The notes under the pieces: generated by a model
Told to the model about the DNA's origin: nothing
What the model saw: only the letters and a program-made list of their open reading frames with translations
Databases searched by the model: none
Origin: the human T2T-CHM13v2.0 reference genome, Homo sapiens
Length of the DNA: 64,000 nt
Assembly (NCBI RefSeq): GCF_009914755.1
Contig: NC_060932.1
Strand: one strand, 5' to 3'
Shown here: positions 30,875 to 45,980 of the stretch, piece after piece
Position numbering within the stretch: the stretch's first letter is position 1
How the letters are laid out: each line of letters starts with the position of its first letter
Made by a program: the position numbers and the translations under genes

Positions 30875-31733
30875 AATGTCTGGGTTATTAAAGAGTAAAG
30901 GAAACAGAGCAGGAGGGGAGGGGCTGCACTAAGACAAAAAGGGAAAGGAGCGCTTGGGAGCCACATCGGGTGCAAAGTGCTCCTGGGACTCAGCTCTGAA
31001 AGCAGGACCCTGAACAGTGGTCAATGTCCCCACCCAAGACAGAAGGTTACCTCCCAAAGCTTCACTTCACAGAAAGAGTGGACAAAGAAGAAACGATCCT
31101 CAAGGTAAAACACAGTATTTTCAAATGCTTTACTTGGTCCTTCCAGGTATTTCTAAATGGACCCTTAAATCTCTTTCATTTTTTTTTAAAAGAAAAAATC
31201 TTCAGTCAATTACTTCAGAGCCATCTCCTCTCCCCACTGCTCTGCTCCCCTGCCCCAAAATTGAGTATAAAACTAGTAACTGGGACATTCCAGAAAAGAG
31301 TGACAAAGGTCAGCCATGCAGAAATCTCAGAATCCCCAGAGAGGAAGTCTCTTCCATCCTTAAATTTCCTCTCTAGGAATAAGGAAATTCTACATCTCTT
31401 CAATTTGACTCCAGTTTTTATTTTGTAAACCACAGCCATGTTTGCTATTTAAGACTGATGCAATCATGAAAAACTTTTAAGAAGTGGTAACCACTTCTCT
31501 AAAAAGAAGTGAGAATGACACAGAGTGAAAATCAAAAAGGGTAAAACAGAATGAAAAGAACTATGAGCTAAGGAATTTCAGTTTGATTTTTCAGTCTTTC
31601 TAGAGTATCAAATATGATCGTGTTAAACTAAAATGTCAGATTTTTCCATTGCTCATAATTCCTTAAGTCAATAGAAATAACCAAAGGTGCCATAAGCCAA
31701 GTCTGCATCTTCCTGTACATTAGAAAATTCTCC

Positions 31734-32568
<835 letters not shown>

Positions 32569-32596
32569 AAAAGTTTTTTTTAAAAAAGAAAATTCT

Positions 32597-32896
<300 letters not shown>

Positions 32897-35800
32897 TTAA
32901 GAGGAAGATAGGTGCTATGTAAATAACATTTGGGATATTATCCTTAAGGGTGTTCACAGAATGGAAGAGATAATGCAACAAAAGACCCCAGCTGTGAGAC
33001 CCTGGTCCTCATAATGTTCAGCCCAAAGATGGAATAGAATGTTGAGATCCAAGTGGCGTATAAAGTATCAACAAATTATTCCCACGGTAAAACACTTGAC
33101 CAAAGGAGAACTTAAGCCTTGAATAGTTAATCTGTTCTATAATATCCATTACCAGAGAGGCTGAGATGTTGCGGTCTAAAAAAAACAAAAAACCAAACCA
33201 CTAGCTTAAGAATTAAGAGATGAGTGCTAGTCCTATCTTAGCCTAACTAAACTTTGTGAGTTGAGAACATCACATATGTCTCTCAGCCTCAATCTTCACA
33301 TCCGTAAAATGAACTGGAGTGTGAACGACTCCTTACCAGTGTCATTCATTCATTCATGCATTCCACAAAGTTTTTGAGCCATATAATGTCAAGCACTATT
33401 CTTGGTGCTTGGGGAAACAGAGGTGAACTAAAAAGACAAACAAAGCTTATGTTCCAGATTCTGAAACTATTATAAATTGGTGTTTTCACACTATGGGTTG
33501 TAAAATCCAGTTAGCAGAACCAGATGAGCACTTTAAAAGAAGAAATGGCATCAAATAGTATAAAATGTCAGAGTACATCACATATAGTAAGGAGAAGTTC
33601 TGGTTCATAAAATTTTGCTTCAGTTATTGATAGATTCTTATATTTATGAGGATTGCAGGTAAGGAGGTATAAGGCATTTCTGAATATGGGTTGGTTGTGT
33701 CAAAGGAGTTTAAAACTCCCTAATAAAAGGCTTCATTTTGTTTCAGCCACTGTCCTCATCCTAACCTTCGCTTTAATTACTTCTTAGGAACATCCTGCCC
33801 ATAGATAAAATCTCATTACTTTCCCGTTTGCCCCATGATGGCATTTTGGATAAATATCAGAGATATTTTTCACTCTTTTCAAATCAGTATTCCCAACCTC
33901 TCTGGGTAGGATTCCTTTTTATATCAGTCCTTCTTGTCTGTATTACTTGTCTGGTGATTAAGAAAATACATAGTGGCCAAAAGCCACAAGAACTTTTAAT
34001 GGATTCATAATGTATTGGTCCTAAAAGCTTCTACGTAGAAATACAAAGAGTGCAAACACACGGAGGACACATTATTCATTCCATCGACCAACCATGTTTG
34101 ATGTTCAGACAGGTGTGCAGACTTCTTATGCCCTGAGGGGTCATGGGCACAGAGATGAGTAATCACTCTTCCAGGCCCCCACTTTTATTTGGCCATTTTA
34201 AAATCACTGTGTTCTTACAGATGACTGCTGAGGGTGGTTTCTGCTTGTTTTAATGCTTGTTCACCCTCTTTTCTTTCAATTAATGCAAACTACTAAACCT
34301 AGCTACATGAGTTTGTTTTTCATTACTGTTATTCATTTGCTTTTTAATAATTTTTTAAATCTCACAACCCCAGGTTCCTTCGAACAGCTAACAGGAATTG
34401 TGAAGATAATCTTTCAGAATCTGCCTAGAGGTACACGCAACCCTACAACTGCCCTGGTTTTGACAGAAAACATCCCAAGGCAGCCATGACCATAACTTGG
34501 AAAATGAAAGGAGGTGAAACCAAGAGACAAGAAGGGTAGAAGGGAACTAAAAGAAGCAAGCAGTGTCAATCTTCCTGGGAATCTGGATGCTTGCACACCG
34601 ATCAAGGTCCACCTGAAGTCACAAAACCACAGCCCCAGCTTCTCAAAGGTTCCCTCCCTCCCCCGCAAGTCACTTGAGTTTCAGTCCATTATCAAGCTCT
34701 AACTTCCCCATTCTGTGTGGCCCCTATTAAATTATACATAAAATTTATAAGTTAGAAGGGGGCTGGGCAAAGGGGGAGCCCAGGCCCCTTTATTACAGAG
34801 GTCCGAGGGGGGCCACTTGGGCAAGGCAAGGTCAGCACTGGAGAAAGTTTCCTGGCAATCAGAATCCCCCAGCAGACATCAAGCTGCTGCCTCCTGCCCC
34901 CAACTTCTACAGACCAGCTCTACCCCTTCTCTGTTATATTCAACATTTTCCTGTTCCTGGAAATCCCAGCCACTTTTGGGGAAAGATGGCTACCAGGTGC
35001 AACCAAGAGAGGAATGCTGCTTCACACATCCCTACTGTCGGCAAATACACAAACCTAAAATACTTAAAACTAAGTTTCATGCTGTCACCTTTACCATGTT
35101 TTTTTCTAGGTTACCCATTTTTTCAGCTTAAAATGAACAAAATGTGACCTGTTCTTCATTAATAAGGAAAAAATTAACTTCTGGAAAAACCTGATTGCTT
35201 ATTTGGCAAATTACAGAGAAGGTCATTTAACCAGTTCCCAGCATTGGCTATGAGATGAGGGACCCAGCCGGGAGGATGGCTAAGCTGCTTCTGGCTTTCT
35301 GCTGCCTTGTGCCAATAAAGGAAGGGCCTCCCTGATGGTGCTCCTGGCCTTCAAAGCAATCTCATACTGGTAAGTATGAAGGAATAACTGCTTCTAAAGG
35401 TACAGCAATTTCTAGTTTTTCTTTAAAAAAAAAAAATCTCTTGCCTAGCAATTTCTGTAAGTTGCTCTCAATATTCCATAACAAAACCCAGGACAGTCAT
35501 TAGCAAGACCTTGAACTGAGTCAGTGCTTAACCATCATTTTACTAAAGAGAAAAATCGGGAAAGTTGTCGTAAATTACCTAAGCAACCAGAAACCAAGGA
35601 CTTCAGATTCCTCCTTTTTTGTTATTTACCAGCTCAACAAACTCAAAGTGAGCTTGGAATATCTATCAATGGAGAAGTCTAGTGATCGCATAAATAGTAC
35701 TAACTTTAAAATCTAACTTCTAAGTATACACATATTCTAAATATTTAATGAGCCATCTATCTCTGTACTTTGAATCTAGAATAGCTTATTAGCTAGTTAC

Positions 35801-35914
35801 AACCCAACACCACCCTGGTACATCTTTACACTAACAATTTTAAAGCCAGGCAAACCCCAAGTTATGTCTAGGTTTTATTCCAAGCAAACTTAACTTTACA
35901 AAATTAGTAGTTAC

Positions 35915-36053
35915 CAAATTTCTGAAGAGTAGGTGATCCGGGTGGAGATGAATTTCCACTAGGAGACAAGTAGAGATAGCTTTTGTTCACTCCTGCATCA
36001 AAATCAAACGGGGACTGGTAGTCCTCATATAAGTCCATCTCTCTACAATCCAT
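35915..36053 (-). CDS. TPD52: TPD52 alternative first coding exon (PrLZ/PC-1 isoform N-terminus)
   Basis: Minus strand reads MDCREMDLYEDYQSPFDFDAGVNKSYLYLSPSGNSSPPGSPTLQKF+G, then donor G|gtaact. Strong Kozak ggaATGG. The phase-1 end matches the next exon, which starts GT CTG CTG. Confidence 0.96.
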
Positions 36054-36398
36054 TCCAGACAAACGCAGAATGCATGGCTGTCTAATCGCCTGATATCAGC
36101 CTTCAGTTGAGTGCCGCTTTGGCCATATTCCCTTTGTAGGGTGCAACTTCACTGAAGAAATCAACCCCAGGAGTTAGAGGCCCTGGCTTCTGGGCCCAGG
36201 TGCCAGCATTTCCTTTTGGGAGCCTTCACGCCCCTCCTGATAAGCAGACCTATTTAATAAATGATTTATCCTGAGCAACCTTAGGAGGGGCTCTATTCAC
36301 CACCTGGTGTTAATTTCGATCAACAATGAAAAACCTGGGCAGGGAGCGAGCTTTCCTCAGTCAACAAAGAAGGGCAGGGTTCTGCAATATGGCCCAGA

Positions 36399-36421
36399 GG
36401 TACAAACAGTTCAGGCAAACA
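36399..36421. promoter_or_regulatory. ARE-like element with adjacent FOXA-like motif in the PrLZ promoter region
   Basis: GGTACAaacAGTTCA (36399-36413) versus consensus GGTACAnnnTGTTCT, followed by GGCAAACA (TGTTTGC on minus). About 350 bp upstream of the PrLZ ATG. Confidence 0.65.
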
Positions 36422-37329
36422 TCAGACACTGGCTGACTTACAACAAGAAACTACAATTTATTTAAAATAAATAAATAAAAAAATCAGCTGACCATGACTA
36501 CACCAGGGCAGACTTAATCTTCTAGGACAAGGAGGGATTACCAGTCAGTAATCTCCCACAAATGCCATCTGAGTGATACTTTTTTTCCACCCTGGATTAC
36601 AGTAAAATTCTGAAAGCCAAGCTTCCTGGTTTAGCAATCAGCTTTCTAAGCACAACTTGGTATAAAAATAAAGCTGTATTTCCATGATTACTTTATCTAA
36701 TGTGGAGTCTGGCTGAGTGTCACAAAAACTTCAGACTGACTTTTCTTTTCTCTCTCTTTTTTTTTTTTTTTTTTTTTTAGAAAGCTGGTGCTTCAGTTAC
36801 ATGCACTCAAAGGAGAAGAATCTACTTTGAATGGAAAGCTCCCGGGTATTCCCACACCTTCTTTGTTTGTCTAAGGCCATGGCTCTGCAGAGCTGCAATA
36901 AACCTGCGTACCCACCCTGCAGAAGGACTGGGCCACAGCTAGCTTGTAAAACAAAACTAAGTCACCAAATTTATTTCCTTTAACACAGTCTCTTAGCAGA
37001 ACCTTTCTATGCTGACTGTGGCCTTGGCTCAAGCAACAGCAATTGCAGCTCCTGCTGGTTCTACTAAGGAGGTAAAAATAAAGGCGACTCGCTTTCAGGT
37101 GGGCAATGATCTGTTACTGCATAACAAAAAAAAAGGCAGTGTTCTAATCTAATCTAAAAGGCGGTTTTCAAATCTAAAAAAAAAGAGCTCAGATATACTC
37201 TCCTTGGATTGGAAGCAAGTATGAAACCTAATATATTTTAAGCATTAAAAACATCAGCATGTGTCTAGTGTATAAAATACATATGCACCAAGATGGTCTG
37301 TATTCATCTTGTGATTTTTTTTTTTTTAA

Positions 37330-37708
<379 letters not shown>

Positions 37709-38953
37709 ATGGTAAGTCTTTTTTTTTTTTTTTTAAGTTTATTTTTAACAACAAAAAAATCTGTATTTTTCTCCTAAAAGGTACCAAAATTTGGGCAACT
37801 ATAAATGTTTCATTCTATACTTAGAAATAAAATAAATGGTTTCTTTTTTATCATTATCTGAAAGAATGGATTGTCTGGCTTCTTGAAATCCATGGCCTCT
37901 TACTGGGACAGGAAAGGCATTGGAGTTATGTCCCTAGACTAGAAAGAGTATGGTTCATGAGGTCCCTGGCCCTCTCCATAACTCTGCATTTGGTCACTAA
38001 ATATTGGTAGAAAAAGTATTTGTCCATTACTTTACTTGTTCCACCACCTAGAGCCAAAGGCATTAGAAGGTAATTAATAGTGATACGGATAGAATGCAAG
38101 CCACAGTCACCTCCATCCTTCTCACCATCTCTCAAGCCCATGTCCTTGACCTTTGGTATTTACATTCATGTGACACGCTCTACCTGAAATGTCACCTTTT
38201 TCCAGCCTGTCAAAGTTATTCATCCTTCAACACTGAGGCAGAAATGCCACCTCTTCTTAGAAGCCCCCTAGTCTCTGGCCCCCTCTTCTCCCAGCAGCAG
38301 CACACAGCATGTGAAGAGCCCCCTGACAGGCGCCTGTGCCTATCCAGGGCCTCTCCAGGGCGCTCTACCGGATACCTGCCCTGAAGGTTTGGCTCCTAAT
38401 CAATGTGGAATTAAAAAAGCAAATGATGGCTCATGTAGATGTTACATGCCTTATTAATAAATGTGAGCATTTCAAATTTAAGTAATTGCCTAAAATTTTT
38501 ATTTTACCTGCTTAGATACAATCTTAGGACTTTTATGCAACATCCTGGCTCTTTGAACCAGTTTTTGTTCTCATTATCTCCAGTCAGATCCCAGTCAAGA
38601 CATTCTAGCCTACAAGAAAAGTGAAATCTAGAAGTGGGAAAAGCATGGGATGGGTTAATGGAATGGCAAAAATTCAGTTAACTCAACAGCCAAATACAAA
38701 GTAGAAAGGAACTGAAAGACATACAAAATGGAAATGTAGCTTGGGGGCAGACCATTAAAGACTTTAACAAATTTTATACTTAATATACTGTGCAAAAAAA
38801 AAACAGGATTTATGAGTCATACGGAGAGTATAAGTTTTATAAAGATGACTCTAGAAATGGTATAAGGATGCACTGCAGGCATAAAGAGGCTAAAAGAGAG
38901 AGGACTCAGAAAGAGGCTATGGGTACAATCCCAGCAAGGAGGAGAAAGCCTTG

Positions 38954-39340
38954 TGATATGGTTTGGCTCTGTGTCCCCACCCAAATCTCACCTTAAATTG
39001 TAATAACACCCACATGTCAAGGGCGGGACCAGGTGGAGTAAACTGAATCATGGGGGCGGTTCCCCCATGCTCTTCTCCTGATAGTGAATGAGATAGTTCT
39101 CTGACGGTTTTATTAAGAGATCTTTATAAGGAGAACAGATGGTTTTATAAGGAGCTTCTCCCTTCGCTGGGCACTCATTCTCTCTCCCGCCACCCTGTGA
39201 AGTGGTGCCTTCTGCCATGATTGTAAGTTTCCTGAAGCCTCCCCAGCCATCTAGAACTGTGAGTCAATTAAACCTTTTCCCTTTATAAATTACCCAGTCT
39301 CAGGTATTTCCCCATAGCAGTGTGAGAATGGACTAGTACA
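38954..39340 (+). mobile_element. THE1 (MaLR) solo LTR
   Basis: tgatatggtttggctctgtgtccccacccaaatctc...gactagtaca with 5-bp TSD ccttg on both sides. Confidence 0.93.
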
Positions 39341-39659
39341 CCTTGGTATCGGGGCAACTCTTTTTATTTCCTGTTGTGGACTAGTCGGCCTGGGGAAGAA
39401 CCAGGTAAGATTTGGTCCTGTCCTGTGGATAATTCCACTTGGCTCTTCCAAAAGTACTTCAAAGTCAGCATGCACAAGACTGAATTCACTGGCTTTCCTC
39501 ACAATGTTCTTACCTCTAGATTAGGCATCCTGAGTCTCCTAGACCTGACTTTGAAGGAATCACATCCAAGCACTCTCACTCCATATGGAGAAAGCACGAA
39601 GAGCTATCTACCAACCGGTACCACAGGCCTTCTAACCTTTCCTTCATTTCCATTGTCCT

Positions 39660-40280
39660 CATCCACACCCTACTTGAGACCCAGGTGGAGGGTGAGACCC
39701 ACTCTATTGTTACTATGTTTTTCCTTCTGGGAGGGACCAGGCCCCACAGCAGTATGGTAGACATCTGCTATCTTGTCAATTTTGCCCCTCTTCCCCTAGA
39801 GGAATTTCACCTCACCTGCTCCCTGGGGTTCTCAGTGGGGAGAGAGGTCCATAGTTCCCACCCCCTGGCCCCAGGCATGGGCCTGTGCTTCAGATCTGGT
39901 CCACGCAGACACCCCATCCCCTTGTTCACAGGGACTGGCCTAAGGATAGACATCTGACCCAGACACTGTCAATCAATCAGTGGCCTTCCCTGATGTTTAC
40001 TCTGTGAGTAATGGAAGAAAGTGACTCTCTCTGTAACCTGAGCTGTTGGGTGGGGCTGGCAGCTCCTTCCCTCACCAGGCCAATGGGCAAGAGACTCAGT
40101 GCTGAGACTGGGAAGGGACAGAAGGAGAAACAGAAACAGACAGGTAAGGGATGGCGCAGCAGCATCTAAGCCCCTGCCTCCAGCTACCCTGGGCTTCCCA
40201 GTTATTAAACAAACACAATTTTGTTCTGCTCCACTTGTGGCTGGAGTTGAATTTCATCATTTCAGTAGAAAGAGTCCTAA
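39660..40280. mobile_element. Old MLT1-like LTR remnant
   Basis: MaLR-like motifs (ctgaccca..ccaatca, end gctggagttgaatttcatca). Highly diverged. Confidence 0.45.
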
Positions 40281-41463
40281 CATACCTACTTTCTGACCAT
40301 ATTTCCCACTATTACTCAACCATGCTTTAGCCAAACTTGACTTTCCTGTTTGTTGAACACATCCTAAACTTAGCCCAGACAATTTTCTCAAACTAGAGTT
40401 TCCCCTTTTCCTGTAAGTTCCTACCCATTTAGCAAGCTCTACTTATTAAGTCACATATGAATAGTATACATGCAAGGGACATTCACTTTAGATGCTACCT
40501 GAAATGGAAAAAAGCAATACAAATGCCTACTAAAAATGGATTATTTAAATGCTAAAAAGAACATTCAGGTAATAGAAAAATATGGAAACACTGACATAAT
40601 TATATAAAAATATTTATGAATTTTATATGGAAAGGTACTGATACAGTTAGCAAACAAATCAGGTTTGAAAGAAGGTTGTATTGTATGGTCCATGTTTGTG
40701 TAATAATTTATGAGAGAGAAAACCACAAACCAAAAGAAAGAAAATGGGCAGAAAGAGAAATCCATTCCATGACCCCAGAAAAGTGCTCACGCACCACTAT
40801 GCCAGCAGAGGGAGCCCAAGGGCAGTTCAGAAGTCAACTAGGTGCAGCCAGTAAAGTGCGTATGTACTGCAGGGTAATAACCGGAGACGACTCATGTCAT
40901 TGCAAACGGAAATGGTAGTAGGTACAAATGACTATAAAGAAAATTAAGTTTCTGTCTGCCTGTTAACTCATCACTCAAATATGTCAGTGTAAATTCTCCA
41001 CAAACTTGAAAGACATATAAAGGACAGTCTGATTTAAAAGCTATGAAACACAATATTTACTTGGAGGGCACGTCAAAGGGAGACAATGTGGCTGTCCACC
41101 AGGAGAGGCAGGCCGCAGATACTTGGGGAATGCAGACGTGTCATGGTGATACAGCAGCTGGCTGGAAGGGGCTCCAACTAGCCAATATGGGACAATCAGG
41201 CCGCCAAAAAAATTAGGGACAGTCAGGGATTATAAACCACTGAAAAAAACAGGAATCCAAGAGTCCAAGAAAGTAATAAATAGAGAGAAGGAAGAACTAC
41301 AGAAGAATGCCACCCTGACCATCTTTGTAAAGATTCAGACAAAAATCATCGCTGGATGCTAAAGCTCGGGAGAAATTTTGAGGAAGAAGATGATATTTAA
41401 ATGATGTTTAAAGTGCCTCTCCACAGATTAACTAGCTGCCAGAAGGAAAAACATTGAGTGGAG

Positions 41464-41501
41464 ATCACTTCTTGGCCTTTTGGCTGAGATCAAGTGTAGT
41501 A
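41464..41501 (+). pseudogene. U2 snRNA 5' fragment (3'-truncated retropseudogene)
   Basis: atcacttcttggccttttggctgagatcaagtgtagta matches U2 nt 1-38 (ATCGCTTCTCGGCCTTTTGGCTAAGATCAAGTGTAGTA) with 3 mismatches. Confidence 0.9.
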
Positions 41502-41661
41502 ACAGTATAATGGAGAAAAGCCCCACCCTGACTGAAGGATAGAGATGGCCATACCCCAGTGAGAGGCAGATGGACCGCTCTGAATACCTACATAGTGTTC
41601 AGGCTTGGAATGCAGAACCTGAATCGAATCATGAGGAAACATCAGACAAATCCAAAACAAG

Positions 41662-42016
41662 TTTTTGTTGGGGTTTTGTTGTTGCTTCGGGTTTTTTTGC
41701 TTTTTTTTTTTTTTTAGTTTTTTTTTTTTTTTTTTTGAGACGGACTCTCACTCTGTTGCCAGGCTGGAGTGCAGTGTCGTGATCTTGACTCACCACAACC
41801 TCCGCCTCCCCGGTTTAAGTGATTCTCCTAACCTCAGTCTCCTGAGTAGCTGGGACTACAAGCGCACACCACCACGCCCAGCTAATTTTTGTATTTTTAG
41901 TAGAGACGGAGTTTCACCATATTGGCTAGGATGGTCTCGATCTCCTGACCTCGTGATCCACCCGCCTCGGTCCCCCAAGGTGCTGGGATTACAGGTGTGA
42001 GCCACCGAGCCTGACC
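41662..42016 (-). mobile_element. AluSc-like with long T-rich tail
   Basis: Reverse-oriented dimer. Confidence 0.94.
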
Positions 42017-42191
42017 GGAAGGTTCTAGTTTTTAAAAGAGGAGGGGCTGCATTCTTCAAAAACATCGATGTCATAAAGGACAAAGACTGTGAAAATCCAC
42101 ATTAAAGGAGACTGGCATTACTAGGTCCATTGAAAAAACTGGAATATGACCTCAGATTAGATAAAAGTCTTGTATCAATTTCAAATTTACT

Positions 42192-42503
<312 letters not shown>

Positions 42504-42728
42504 TCAAATTTACTGACGTTGACAACTGTGGTGAGAATATTGCCTTTCTTAGGCAATGGCAATATATACTGAAGTATTTAGGGGCAGACGCCATGATATA
42601 TGCAACTTCCTCTCAAATTGCTCAGAAAATAAGAGTATGCATGTGTACAGACATCCACACACAGAGAGACTGGTCAACCGGATGGGGCTAAACGTTAACA
42701 GTGACCCTGAGTAGAGAATGCAGGTGTC

Positions 42729-43025
42729 CTTTTTTTTTCCCCCCATCAACTTTTAAGTTCCAGGGTACATGTGCAGGATGTGCAGGCTTGTAACATAAGT
42801 AAGTGTGTGCCATAGTGGTTTGCTGCACAAATCAACCTATCACCTAGGTCTTAAGCCCAGCATTCATTAGCTATTCTTCCTTATGCTCTCCCTCCCCCAC
42901 ACCTGTGTTGTTGGCACATATACACCATGGAATACTATGCAGTCATAAAAAGGAACAAGAGCATGTCCTTTGCAGGGACATGGATGGAGCTGGAAGCCAT
43001 TATCTTCAGCAAAGTAACACAGGAG
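42729..43025 (-). mobile_element. Short L1PA with 5' inversion
   Basis: Minus-strand L1 3' end (about 42729-42910) joined to a plus-strand upstream L1 piece (about 42912-43025), flanked by gcaggt(g/a)t. Confidence 0.85.
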
Positions 43026-44233
43026 CAGGTATTTACACTATTCTTATTCTTGCAATCCTTCTGTAAATTTGAAAAGGGCTAAAAAACAAACAAACAAAAA
43101 ACAAGAACTCCTCTGCCTTAGATTCAGCAGCCCTGAGGGCGCTGTGGAGAAAGTGTGTGGCAACCACCTCTCACAGCAATCACGGGGGCAGGGCCTAATG
43201 GGACTGGGCTCCAGCCACAGACACACAGGCACATACCGGCTCCAGGCCCCTTCTGAGAGCTGGAAGGGCTCTCTCCACCTTCCACCGAAGCAGCAGTTGG
43301 TTTACCTTCTACAGAAAAGAAGTCTCCCCATCATATCCCATGCTGGTCACATCTTCCCAGAGGGAGACCAGTGGGGACCCTGTTGCACAGGGTGAGAGGG
43401 CAGAGAGGCTGAGAGGTTAATGAACACCCCACACCCCACACCTCTTCATTCCCCGACACTGTGCCACAATAAACAAACCTTGACTCCAAATAAAAAGTAC
43501 TTGATTTTAAGTATGAAATTCAATTTAAAATCACAAGGGTAGATGCTCTCTTATTTACAAAATTTCTCAGCTAATCCTCAAAACCTCTGTGAGGTAAACC
43601 TCTGCCTCTCCCTATTTTTCAGAGGGGAAACAAGACAAGGACAGTTCCTGTAAACCTGTCTTTGGGCATAGAGCTAGCAAGTAAAGGAGCCGCAGTTTGA
43701 AGCCTGGTACGTGCCTCCAAGTCCCTGTCCTCTCCATCCTGTGGCTGTAGCCTAGAGCCGGGCAGTAAGGATAAGCCAGTCCCTCACATCTAATGGCCCT
43801 GGGGATCTTGCTGTGATGCAGAGTCTGCATCCTGGTGATGGGAGGCTGCTGGCCCTGGAACCACATGGGATCACACTTGGAGTAACAAGGTGATGGAAGA
43901 ACTCGAATGGAGGCTGGAGAGTAGGAATTTGGTTTTCGTCAGATTAAAGCAACAATTCTTCATTAGAATTTATTTAATCCCTCAATAACACGAGGTTAGT
44001 CATGTTATCTCCAATTTCCAGAGGAGTGAGCATAAGGAACTGAGAAATGAAGGAAGCCACCCTACAGTGGTCATTTTCCTCTCACTGCATCTAGGCCGTG
44101 GGGAGCCAAGTCGAGTAATTAGGAATGGGAGGCCAAAGCCACGTGTCAGAAAGATCATTCTCACCCCTGTCTGAAGCTGGACTGCCGAGGGGAGAGGGAA
44201 GTCAGGACAGCTACCCAGCAACAGCGCCAAGGG

Positions 44234-44753
44234 TGTTCTGGACTGAATTGTGTCTCCCCAGCTTCATGTGTTGAAGCCCTAACTCCCAATATGGCTGTAT
44301 TTGGAGATGGGGTCTTTAGGAGGTAATTAAGATTAAACAGGGTCATAGGGTGAGGCCCTAATCCAATAGGACTGCTGTCCTAGTAAGAAGAGACACTAGG
44401 GATGCTCACGCAAAAGGCCTTTTTCACAGAAAAAAGGCCAGGGAGGACATAGCTAATTTTTTGTATTTTTAGTAGAGACGGGGTTTCACTGCATTAGCCA
44501 GGATGGTCTCGATCTCCTGACCTCGTGATCCGCCCGCCTCGGCCTCCCAAAGTGCTGGGATTACAGGCGTGAACCACTGCGCCTGGCAGCTCTCTGTCAA
44601 CCAGGAAGCAAGCCCATGCCAGAAACCTATCTACCCTGCCACCAGCACCTTGATCTTGGACTTTCAGCCTCCAGAATCGTGAGAATATAAATTTCCATTG
44701 TTCAAACCACCTATTCTATGGTATTGTTATTGCGGCCCAAACCAACTAATACA
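44234..44753 (+). mobile_element. MLT1A-like solo LTR containing an Alu left arm (44450-44587, minus)
   Basis: tgttctggactgaattgtgtctcccc...ccaactaataca. Confidence 0.85.
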
Positions 44754-45627
44754 AAAGGCATGTGCCCTGCATGGAACAGAAGCGGGAACAGCAAAGCAAA
44801 GACACACTGCATGACACCATGAACAGACAATCAACAGATGCTGGAGATCAACTGGAGGACTTGGGTGACGGGCAATGAGAAGCCAACGTGTGATACCCCA
44901 GCAGGAGTTGTAAAGGACAGTGACCGCATTAATGAAGATGGTGGCAAAAGAGAGGCAGGACTGAAGAACAGAGAGAAGAGACTTTAGGTGATAAGAGAAT
45001 GAGCTGCATTTTGGCAGATTTGGTTAATAGAGCTCACAAGACTTCTGGAGTAAATGGCCAGCCTGAGGTTAGAAATTAAACTTCTATCCTCAGGGAAAAA
45101 GTTAGGGGCTAAGATATAAAATGTGGGAAACCCAGAGATCGTCAAAAAAAAATTTGAAGAGAAGAGAGGCCCTATGAAAAGGAGTGGAAAAATTAGTGAA
45201 CACCTACAATCAGCATGCAGGCCAAAGAGCCTAAAAAGGGCAAGCAATGACCTTTAATGATGACAATAATTATGACTTATCCTTAAGGAACCCTTACTAT
45301 GTGCCAGACATTCTTCTATGCACTTGCATCAATTTTATGGGGTAAGTTTTTCCCTACCCTTATCTTACAACAAAACTGAGACACATCAAAGTTAAGTGTC
45401 TTGCCCTAGGCACAGAGCTAGAAAGTGGTAAAACTTAGGATTCCAATTCCATTGCTCTCAAGAAGCAAAACATCTGGAAGAAAACCTTGAGTGACCAATG
45501 TCACAGGAATCAAGGGAGGAGAGAAACTGGATAAGATCAAATGCTAAAGAGACGCAAGAAGAAGCCACAGGACTTGGGGTCTGGTGATCTCGCACTGAAG
45601 TTTTAGTGAGAGTGATGGTAGATGTCA

Positions 45628-45980
<353 letters not shown>

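Noticed and set aside
41464-41501. Functional U2 snRNA gene
   Set aside because: Only 38 nt, mutated, with no Sm site or 3' stem-loops.
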